Assembly: GCA_964016885.1 (NCBI GenBank)
Contig: OZ024740.1
Location: 248,000,001-248,064,000, forward strand
Direction of reading: 5' to 3'
Origin: Eledone cirrhosa
Taxonomy: Eukaryota
DNA length: 64,000 nt
In this document: positions 49,214-59,549 of the stretch, piece by piece
How the letters are laid out: each line of letters starts with the position of its first letter
How positions within the stretch are numbered: the stretch's first letter is position 1
The notes under the pieces: model-generated
Told to the model about the DNA's origin: nothing
Seen by the model: the letters and a program-made list of their open reading frames with translations, nothing else
Database searches by the model: none
Made by a program: the position numbers and the translations under genes

Positions 49214-52200
49214 ATCATCATCATCATCATCATCTTCGTTTAATGTCCATTTTCCACGCTAGCATGGGTTAGACGGGAGTTGTCCCACTTGAGGCAAGGC
49301 TGGTCGGGTGACCGTGTCTCGCTCATATAGGACGATCTGGCAGGTTTTCTACGGCTGGATACCCTTCCTAACACCAACCACATTTACAGCGTGGAACTGG
49401 GAACTTTTTACCGTGTTACCTACACGGCCACATTACAGCGTGGACTGTGTGTTTTTTGTCGTGACACCTACACGATTTCGATCTCATTATCTCGTGCTGT
49501 TGGTGGGAGTGGGAGAATAGGGTAAGGGTAGTGAATTGGGGTGTATATTTGGTTAAGAGGTGCCTACTGACTGTAGGTTTCGCTTTGTACATAGGCAAGG
49601 CGGGTCTTCTGTATTACTGCGTAGCGCCAAAGATCTCGGTCCAGAGACATTGTCTTAGAGAGATGAGTGTAAGGTTGGAATTTATCAGATCATCCCAGGT
49701 TTTTCTGGGTCTACCTACTCCGTAACTACCATCAATTTTGATCGCCCTGCACTTTTTTATGCAGCTGTCGTCTTTCATGCGCATCATGTGACCATACCAA
49801 CGTAGTCTTCTCTCAAGTAAACAGCATCTGATCCCTCTTATTCCTAATTTCTCACTTAGTTCATTTATGCTTTGCCATTCACGTATATTACTATTACACA
49901 TCCAGAGGAGCATGCATGCTTCGTTCCTCTCCAGTCTGCGTAGATCCTCTGCACATAATTCCCATGTCTCACTGCCATGTAGCATTGATGTTCGTATACA
50001 GGTATCATACAATCTGCCTTTCATTTTTAGAGAAACCTTTTGTGGCCAACAGCGGTATAAGCTCTCTGAACTTTTTCCATCCCATTCTGACTCTGTCTAC
50101 TGTACTTTCAGAGCACCCTCCACCACTGCTGATTTTGTCACCCAGGTAACGGAAAGTGTCTACTATTTCTATAGAACCATCTGGGCAATAGAAGGAGCTA
50201 GTATCCTGTGGACACTTGCTACTTATTGCACCTGAGCATTGGCCACATATAAAGTCTACGTTCTTAGATAGTTTACCTGTGATCCCACTACATCTTTTAT
50301 GTACCCATACTTTGCATTTGGGACATAAAATGGAATTTCTGCCCACTCCTTTCCTACACACTGAGCATGGCCATATCTCTTTCTACAAACTAGAACTTTA
50401 GTCTTAGACAAGTTAACTTTAAGGCCTTTTGATTCTAGGCCATGCTTCCATGTTTCGAATTTCTTCTCTAGTTCAACCATTGATTCAGCTATGAGCGTTA
50501 GATCATCTGCGTATAGGAGTTCCCATGGGCAGCCGGTCTTGAACTCCTCTGTTATAGCCTGAAGGGCAATAATAAATAAGAGGGGGCTAAGGACAGAGCC
50601 TTGATGAACGCCAACTTTTACACTAAATTCTTCACAATATTCATTGTTAATTCTAACCTTACTGACTGTTTCATTATACATAGCTTGTATAGCTCTCACA
50701 AGCCATTCATCTACACCTAGTTTTCTAAGAGCCCACTAGATAATGGAGCGGGGGACTCTGTCAAAAGCTTTCTCCAGGTCTACAAAAGCTAAGTAGAGGG
50801 GTTTACTTTTAGCTAGGTACTTCTCTTGTAGTTATCGTACAAGGAAAAGAGCGTCTGTGGTACTTTTACCTGACACAAACCCAAACTGCATTTCGTCTAG
50901 ATCAATTCGCTCTCTGATTAGTTGCGCTATAACTCTTTTTGTGACCTTCATGACCTGGTCAACTAACTTAATGCCTCTATAGTTTCCCCTATCTAGAGCA
51001 TCCCCTTTACCCTTGTAGCAGTTAATGATGATGCTGCTGCTACGCCAGTCTTTCGGTATGACCCCATTCTGTATTACTTGGTTAATTATACTGGTGACCA
51101 TAGTGTGTCCCACCATACCAGATGCCCTCAACATCTCAGCAACTATCTCCGAAGGCCCAACTGCCTTGCTTGTCTTCATATCTTTGATTGCCTAACTTAT
51201 TATACTACCTTTAACTTGCACCGCTGGTCCTTCTATTGGATCGATTTGGAGCAGACTATCTTTTTCCCATTTATTCTCCTCATTTAATAGTCTCTCGTAG
51301 TGACACTTCCAGGCTATCTTCTTATCAGTATCAGTGAGCGCAAGTACACCATTATCATTATGGACACACTTCTCCCCCGACAATATCACGGTTTTCCTTG
51401 ACACATTGTCTAGCAATCCTGAACACCTCACGTTTTTGGTCCTCACATTGTAGAACATGCTTGAACTTTCTATCCTCTGCTACCCTTTTTGCAAGCTAGC
51501 TTCTCTCCTGGCCACTTGATAGTGCTCTCTACTTCCCCCATCCTGCCATACTTTCCAAGCCTGCTTTTTGGCCTTGATTGTCTCTTCCACCTTACTGTTA
51601 CACCACCAAGTTACTCTCCTCCTGCTAATAGGTCTGCTCCAGCCACAGATTTCATCTGTTGCTTTCAGCAGTTCACTTTCAAGAATTGCCACTGTTCCTC
51701 TATATCGCACGTCTCTAATTGCTCTTCCTTATTGTCAAAGGCATCAAGTAATAAGCTTTTAAATTTGTCACTGGCTATGAGGTCCTTCAACTTCCATATT
51801 CTTCTCTTCAAGGTAGGCCTCCTCTGTCGTCGAGTACGTCTATTCTTGACTATGCGGTCACTAACTACTAGGCTATGTTGGGAGGCGCATTCTTCACGGG
51901 GGAGGGATTTAGTGTTTACAACAGACATTTTGTCCCGTCTTCTAGTAAGGATATAATCTATCTGGCTGGCGTGTTCCCCTGATCTATAGGTGATCAAGTG
52001 GTTTTCACATTTTTTGAAGTTTGTGTTACAGATAGTTAGGCTATTTGCGTCACAGAATTCCAGGATTCTGAAGCCCTCCTCATTTCTATTTCCAACCCCA
52101 TAGCCTCCATGGATTCCATCATAGCCATCACTATGTTGTCCAATGTGACCGTTTAGATCGCCAGCAATAATTAAGTAGTCACTGTCGGTTATTTGGGAGG

Positions 52201-52390
52201 TTATTTCTATGGATTAGCATCTCATAGAACCTGTCCTTTATAACATCAGGTAGACCAGAATGGGGTGCATAAGCATATATTATTGTCACAGTAGTTCTAT
52301 TGAGAACTAGTCTTAATTCAATTATTCTGTCATTCACTCTATTTACGTCAATTACCTTATCTACCCATTTTTCAGCTAACATAATTCCTA
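49214..52390 (-). mobile_element. RTE LINE (family 1), 5'-truncated in the APE, relatively young
   Basis: APE (YAYAPHSG, SQIDYIL), RT (HQGSVLSPLLF, LLYADDL), Cys/His finger, 3' UTR, (GAT)n tail. Confidence 0.93.
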
Positions 52391-52406
52391 TATATATATA
52401 TACATA

Positions 52407-53296
52407 CAGGGTGCAGACGATATTTGTTCGCAATTTTCAACTGCTAATTTTATGCAAATTTTTTTTACTTCCATTGTCACTCTTGTCTTCATAAAAACAG
52501 TGACTATATTTCCATTATTTATTTTCAGAATAATTGATTATGAATAATTTTGAACCACCAAATTTGTGGAAGAGACACGGAGTTCTTCTTGGAATCCGCG
52601 CCAGGAGGACAAATAAGACCAGAAGATCAACTCCCAGAAAAACAGGTGGCTCGCCGTCTCATCCAAAGACGTGCCTAGAGTCATGCAGACAGTTTCCAGC
52701 GACAACATTGGTCTTAGGTGTCGTCAGCAGTCAAGGTGACGTCATGCCACCTCACTTCTTCCCTGAGGGCCTCAAGCTGACCACCGATGGCTACATCTGC
52801 GTTCTGAACGAGGTAGTAAAGCCCTGGATTGACCAGGTAGCTGCAGGTAGGCCGTACGTATAGCAGCAAGACTCAGCGCCCTGCCATACCAGCCGAAAGA
52901 CCCAAGCTTGGCTGTCAGAGAACTTCGTCGACCACACTCCACCTGACATCTGGCCTCCCAGCTCGCCTGACTGCAACCCCCTCGACTTCTTTGTGTGGGG
53001 CGCAGTGGAACGAGACACCACCAAATCTAGCTGCAATACGAAAGACGATCTGAAGGCCAGGATCACAAGTGCCTTTAGGGACCTAAGTCGAGGGACAGTG
53101 AAGAAGGCCTGTAGCCGGTTCCGAGGCCGCCTTGAGGCCGTCATCAAAGCCAATGGCGGGTTTATCGAGTGAGATCGAAAGAACAAGACATGAAGACAAA
53201 CTGACCCAAGTTTGATAAATAAATCTTAAAAAATAAAACTACTGTGTTATTTTTTCCTAGACAGCAATCTTGCGAACAAATATTGTCCGCACCCTG
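52407..53296 (+). mobile_element. Tc1/mariner maT (DD37D) transposon, internally deleted
   Basis: TIRs CAGGGTGC(A/G)GAC(G/A)ATATTTGTTCGCAA flanked by TA; QQDSAPCH...WPPSSPDCNPLD gives 37 aa between the last two Asp. Confidence 0.9.
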
Positions 53297-53333
<37 letters not shown>

Positions 53334-53385
53334 ATATATGTGTGTGTGTGTCTATGACCAGTGTATATAGATCACAGACACCCAC

Positions 53386-53418
<33 letters not shown>

Positions 53419-53592
53419 TTTATATATATACATGCACACACGTATATATATATATATGGGCCTTCCAGTTTCATTTCACATTATATACATGTCTGTGTAT
53501 ATTTTAATTATTTAAAAATTATTTTTAAGTGAACATGATTTTTTAAATATATTTTGAAGCGAACGTGACCCAACGAGTCACGGGTGGTCTAG

Positions 53593-54070
53593 TTATTAAA
53601 AAAACTCAGATTTACATTTCTTGTATTCAACCATGTAGAGCAATAAAACTATTTGTTAGTTACTTGACTATGGCAAAGCCAGCCATTAATCGCTTGTATA
53701 CATAAAACTGACTGGCCTATCTGCTAATATGCAGATCTGACTGATCAGGCAGTCTGTTAATATGCAAATCAGGCCGATCAGCCATTGTATATTCCAGAAA
53801 ATATCATATATTTTCACTAGCTCTGACAGTAGGCAGGTAAAGAGTATACAATACTTATGAAGGGTAAAAACCCAGAAACATTAGTGTCTGCAGTTCTGTT
53901 TATATGCCAACATAAGAGTAAGAATGATGGAGTCATTCTACTGACATGACTTAAGAGGCTGTTTGCATAATTGCAAATCAATCAAATATTATTATTAATA
54001 TTCGAAAAACTCAGATTTACATTTCTTGTATTCAGCCAGGTAAAGCAATAAAACTATTTGTTAGTTATTC
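53593..54070 (+). repeat. ~405-bp tandem repeat: one full unit and a partial third; partial first unit at 46302-46519
   Basis: AAAACTCAGATTTACATTTCTTGTATTCA at 53601 and 54006; 53785-53980 matches 46315-46510. Confidence 0.88.
53829..53911 (+). ncRNA. Type I hammerhead ribozyme-like fold, copy 2 (core variant CUUAUGA, GUC triplet)
   Basis: CUUAUGA-A-GGGU-AAAA-ACCC-A-GAAAC-AUUAGU-GUC. Confidence 0.6.
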
Positions 54071-54221
54071 TACTAGAAAGTTTTTATGAAAGGGGAGAAA
54101 ACTTAATGGTGGGGTTTGATTGGCAGTAGAATCATGAGGGAATAATTCTTAGAATTATACAAAATAGAAGGAATAGATAAAAATGTGAATTTAACCAAAT
54201 TTTGTTTATATGTATACTCAC

Positions 54222-54314
54222 CACCTCTTTGAATACAACCAGGCTGAACAAATTCTGTCCGGTCATTCTTGGTATGGTAGACATAACCATTGGTAACATA
54301 TGCTATGTCCAAAC
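54222..54314 (-). CDS. ERMP1: ERMP1-like exon, end of M28 peptidase domain: GLDIAYVTNGYVYHTKNDRTEFVQPGCIQRG
   Basis: tttcag/gtgagt, 93 nt, phase 1-1. Contains the M28 YHTxxD zinc-ligand motif. Confidence 0.95.
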
Positions 54315-55586
54315 CTGAAAGAAAATAACAAAAGACATACACAATAACATATATTTATTTTCAAATGAACTGCAAAGGAGAGCAAATAGTTAAACAAATA
54401 CAACTACAACACTTGAATTCCATACTGCTCATAGTTAATGATTTCTTATATAAAAAGAAGGAGGATGTAAAGTTATGACAATTATGCCACAGTTTTCCCA
54501 AAGAACTCACCACTTCTCATTGCACTTCTAATCAAGCTGCCAGCCATTAAATAATCATTTGACCAGTTAAAAGTAGCAGCTAAATTGCCCTCATATCATA
54601 TATACCTCACCATTTTCTAAAGTAATGGAATGACACATTGGATAATTGTGGTTCTAGATAAACTATGTCTATAAAATGAGATGGTCATAGCTGGAATGGT
54701 TTTGATCATAGGTTTATTTGATCAGGGCTAACGTGGAACTGAACAACTCATAACAAAAATCTCTTTTAGTAGCTAGAAATATTCCTTTATATTTACTCAT
54801 CTGCATTCACTCCAGATTGATATCGCTGTGTGTTTACCTAGTAGGTCCTAAATATACAACTCATTATTTTTAAGAGATTTGAAAAGTTTCTTTATTTTCT
54901 TTTTTAAATAAGAATCCACTCTTAACTTCTATTGTGAATAGATTTTTTTTTAATATGTTCCTATATGACACTTAATTGCCTCTATTTTTTACTTAGCTCT
55001 TTACCTTGGAGGATTAAATAGCTTAGTATAACACGTCTTTAAAATAATTAAACATTTATTTATATACTACGCACACACCCTTCTTTTAAACTTGTTCTCA
55101 ATAAGTATCTTATTTACTATGTCTATTATTTAAATGGATGAGACATAGTTAGGTGGTTAAGAAGTTTGCCTCATAACCACAGTTCTGGGCTCTATTTTAT
55201 GTCATCTCCAATCCTTAGAAAAGGTAAGACAAAGTTCTTGTTTCCTCAAAATTAGTTTAAGTCTGCCTTGAATATATAGGCTCAATACGGCTAGAGCGTG
55301 TCCCAGTTTCATGTGGCATTAAACAACTTTGAACATGACATCTGTCTGTCACAAGGTTAATTCCCAATTTCTGCTGTTTGTGCTGGTACTCTGGCTGTGT
55401 GGATTACAAGGGATTTATTTGGCAAGTGAACTAAATAAATCAATGCAACAACTGATTATTACATTCAAGGAAGAAAAAGAAATTAACAGAATAATAGATT
55501 TCATGTATATTTTCTTAGACATGTATAGGACAGAATATGTTGGTAGTTGAAAATACATTTCTAGTTAATAGAGAGAATAGAAATAT

Positions 55587-55981
55587 GTCTATGCTGTTAT
55601 GCACTCTATGTTGTTATGTACTCTATGTTGTTATGCACTCTATGCTGTTATGCACTCTATGTTGTTATGCACTCTATGTTGTTATGCACTCTATGTTGTT
55701 ATGTACTCTATGTTGTTATGCACTCTATGTTGTTATGCACTCTATGTTGTTATGTACTCTATGTTGTTATGTACTCTATGTTGTTATGTACTCTATGTTG
55801 CTATGTACTCTATGTTGTTATGTACTCTATGTTGTTATGCACTCTATGTTGTTATGTACTCTATGTTGTTATGCACTCTATGTTGTTATGTACTCTATGT
55901 TGTTATGTACTCTATGTTGTTATGTACTCTATGTTGTTATGTACTCTATGTTATGCACTCTATGTTGTTATGCATTCTATG
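55587..55981 (+). repeat. 17-bp minisatellite (TCTATGTTGTTATG[C/T]AC)n, about 23 copies
   Basis: Directly visible; produces spurious repeat ORFs in three frames. Confidence 0.95.
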
Positions 55982-58446
55982 TCTGGCCGTTTGCTTGAGT
56001 GTGTAAGTAGTAGCACATATACATGTGTACATTCAGTGTGTTGAAGCAAAGGGTTTACATCAAGAACAACATTATGACAGCACAGGACGAAAACATAGAA
56101 TGTGTGTATTAGTGTGTGGGTCTTGCGTGTAAACAAATTATAACAATGCTAAAAAATAAAGGAAGAAAACAATAAAATTAAAACAAAGGAGGTTCCTCAA
56201 TAGGAAGGAGACGTTCGAGGGTCACTCATGGAAACCCTGCCCCCTTAAAACCAAGGGTGTCCTGATCTCTAGGGTAAGTGCCCTGTCCCAGTTGTTCTCT
56301 TCCAATCTATATGTTTACACTTAGAGCAGGCCCATTCATTCAGTCCATATTTCCCTCTTTCACCCATCTTTCTACAAATTGCTTTGAAGGCAGCACTTCA
56401 CCTCCTGCTCTGATTTTCGTCTTCAAGTGAAACCTGAAGAAGTTAATCAGGGCTTCGCCAAAGAAGAAAGAGCTCATCTTCAACCCTTTCAAGCATGTCT
56501 ACCATACAGCCTCTTTTGCCATGGCCACAAGACAGATCAAAACAGCCTACCCTTCTTGACTAAAGGAAGGTGGCAGGACAATCTTCACAATGGACTTGGT
56601 TGATAACCAGTTTTCTCCGACATGTGGCAGCAGATGTTCAACATAAGTCAGCAATGCTTGGACAGAGGACGATTGTGTGAGGGACAGTTTCGTCGCACTG
56701 TGCGCATCTTGGACAAGTCCAGCTGACAGCACTTCCATGCCTGTAGAGTTTAGCTTGAACTGGCAAATCTCCTCGGTCGCAAGGCCAGGCCAGGGATTTT
56801 GGGGAATTATTCATGGGCCCTGGACTGAAAGTCATCCTGAAAAGAGTGGCTAGTTGATTTTCGTCAATATCTAGAGTTTCCCCAAGAAAATCAATGCTGT
56901 TATCCACCACTAACCTTCTATAGAATGCCAAGATAGAATTTCCACCAATCATATTGCCTGATTGGCAGAGAGCTGTAAGCACCTGAAGACATTCCAGTTT
57001 CCAAGCGCTCTCCCTCAGTCGCCGCTTGACCCATGACTACAGCTCCATTATGGATACGAGCTGGGGGCACATGCATCTGGTGAACGGCAACCACTCCTGT
57101 TCAACGTTAAGGAAAAGATGGCGATGTCATAGCCTCAGTGCATAGCTGCGCGTCATCAGCCACAGCAGTCCCTGTGCTGCATGCAGCGATTGTTGACAGC
57201 AGGAACAGCTTTCTCTCAGCCCATTTCTGGGTGAGATTGGTCAGTCTGTTTGTTACCTTGTCCCAGTTTCTGTCCATCTGAAAATCAGGACCAAACCAAA
57301 CCCCAAGCAATTTAACCAGTCCATCTGTCTCTGTCCAGCATCCAACAACACTGATGGGTGGGATGGACCTGCCCCTCCATCTGCCGAGTTACAGGCCCAC
57401 CAACTTTTCCTGATTTTGGAGAGGAAGAACAGTATTTCCATCCTTCAGGAGGTTTTGGGGGTGGGATTCAAAAGCCGAAATGTCGACTCTGGGAATTTTG
57501 TTTTTAAATGTGTGTATGTGTTTTGCGTTATTTATATTATTTGTATGTTTCTGGGTATTGCTATTTTTTTTTCTTGTTTTACGAAATCTTTTTGTGTGAT
57601 TGTGGTGTTGTGGTGTAAGTAATTTAAAAGCTTTATATTGTTCGAGTCAATTGTTGTGTAGTGTGTGATGTTTGTATCTTTTTGTTGTTGCAGGGGTGTG
57701 TTAGGTTTTGCTTGGGATGTTGTTAGTCTGTGTGTTGACTGTTGTGGTGTTAATGGTAGTGGAGTTGGCAGTGTAGCTACTTGTGGTGGTGGATATGTAG
57801 ATTTTAATATATTTTTGTTTCTTTCTCCCACTTTATTTTTAGGGCTAAAATGAGGAGTTTTTTTTTTCTTTTTGGGGCAGGATGTTTACCATTCCTTGAC
57901 CTCGTAAGAATTTAAGTCTGACTGTGTGATGTCGGGCAGTGGCATGTCCTCGATGGGTGTTGGTGTTGGTTCTGATAGTGTTGGTCTTGGTGGTACTGGT
58001 GTTGCTGTTTTATTTCATTTTTTTGCTGTTGCTTTTCTTGATTTTGGGTTTTGGTGGTAATTGTTGTTGGTGATGTTTTTGGTGTTGGTAGGAGGGGAGA
58101 GGTTTTTTTACCCTTCCTTTTAGTGAAGTGCAGAAAGCTCTTAAGTGGTTTGTGAAAGACAGATATGACATCTTGCTTTTCTCCCTTCTACACAAACTGG
58201 TAAGATTATACTACCTAGAAGATGTATTTATTCAGGGATGGAGTCTATATTCCTTTCTTCTTGTATTTTAAACTCCCATAATTCTGTCAGACCCTCGAAA
58301 ACAATCTTCTACTTGTATTTAAACTCTGATTACTGTTATATGCTCGTTTAATTATGGCCGAATTTCTAGGATTATATTATAAAATAATCTTCTCGCTACC
58401 GCTCCCAGATCCCCACCTCACTTACCACCATTATTAGTTGGTCCAA

Positions 58447-58638
58447 AGGACGGTAGATTGGCAGTATCAGTAGAGAGTCGGACGCCATGCTTTCCAGCAT
58501 AGTTACGTCCCTTTACGGTCTGAGTTCAAATCCCGCCGAGGTTAACTTTGCCTTTCATCCTTACGGGGTCGATAAAATAAAGTACCAGTAATGTACTGGG
58601 TAATTGCTGGCCTTGTGCCAAAAGTAGAAACAATTATT
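58447..58638 (+). mobile_element. tRNA-SINE with 17-bp TSD ATTATTAGTTGGTCCAA
   Basis: Direct repeat at 58430-58446 and 58633-58649. Confidence 0.9.
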
Positions 58639-58714
58639 AGTTGGTCCAATCATAATTCAGCGGCTTATAATATGTTTCTCTTACCAATCTCTTTCACAAA
58701 ACTACCGCCTCGGC

Positions 58715-59545
58715 TACATGTTACATGGCAGTGAGACATGGGCATTGTGTGCAGAGGATCTGCACAGACTGGAGAGGAACGAAGAATGCATACTCCGCTG
58801 GATGTGTAATAGTAATATGTGAACAGCAAAGCATAAATGAACCAAGTGAGAAATTAGGTATAAGAAGGATCAGATGCTGTTTACTTGAGAGAAGACTACA
58901 TTGGTATGGTCATGTGATGCGCATGACCATACCAATATAAAAATTTTATACATACCTGTATAAAAAATTGCAGGGCGATCAAAATTGACGGAAGTTATGG
59001 AGTAGGCAGACCCAGAAAAACCTGGGACGATTTGATAAATTCCAACCTTACACACTTGCACCTCTCTAAGACAATGTCACTGGACCGAGATCTTTGGCGC
59101 CATGCAGTAATACAGAAAACCCGCCTTGCCTAAGTACAAAGCGAAACCTACAGTCAGTAGGCACCTCTTAATCAAATAAACACCCCCATCCCACTACCCC
59201 AACTCCCCCACCCCACCCCCATCAACACCACCCCTTTCTCTGTAAAGTTATGTTGGTTCCACAACATCCAGTCCTAAACAAATGAGGTCATGTAGGTGTC
59301 ATGACAAAAAAACACACAGTCCACGCTGTAATGTGGCCGTGTAGGTAACACGGTAAAAACCTCCCAGTCCACACTGTAAACGTGGTTGGTGTTAGGAAGG
59401 GCATCCAGCCGTAGAAAACCTGCCAGACAGTCCTATATGAGCAAGACAACCAATTTTGCCTTAAGTGGGACAATTCCCGTTTAAACCCATGCTAGCGAGG
59501 AAGATAGACGTTAAACGATGATGATGATGATGATGATGATGACGA
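58715..59545 (+). mobile_element. RTE family 1 3' fragment, close to the 49214-50000 copy
   Basis: LGIRRIRCCLLERRLHWYGHVMRM, 3' UTR, (GAT)n tail. Confidence 0.87.
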
Positions 59546-59549
59546 CAAC

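Larger units (their letters stand above)
46520..53592 (+). mobile_element. Non-autonomous Helitron (~0.6 kb without inserts) hosting hAT, RTE and maT insertions
   Basis: 5' TCTATATACTACTAAAA after an A; 3' hairpin CGTGAC-N7-GTCACG then CTAG before a T; no TSD; removing it rejoins the 400-nt tandem repeat. Confidence 0.82.

Noticed and set aside
55537-56044. Three overlapping Cys/Met/Leu-rich repeat ORFs
   Set aside because: Translation of a stop-free 17-bp minisatellite; no evidence of a gene.
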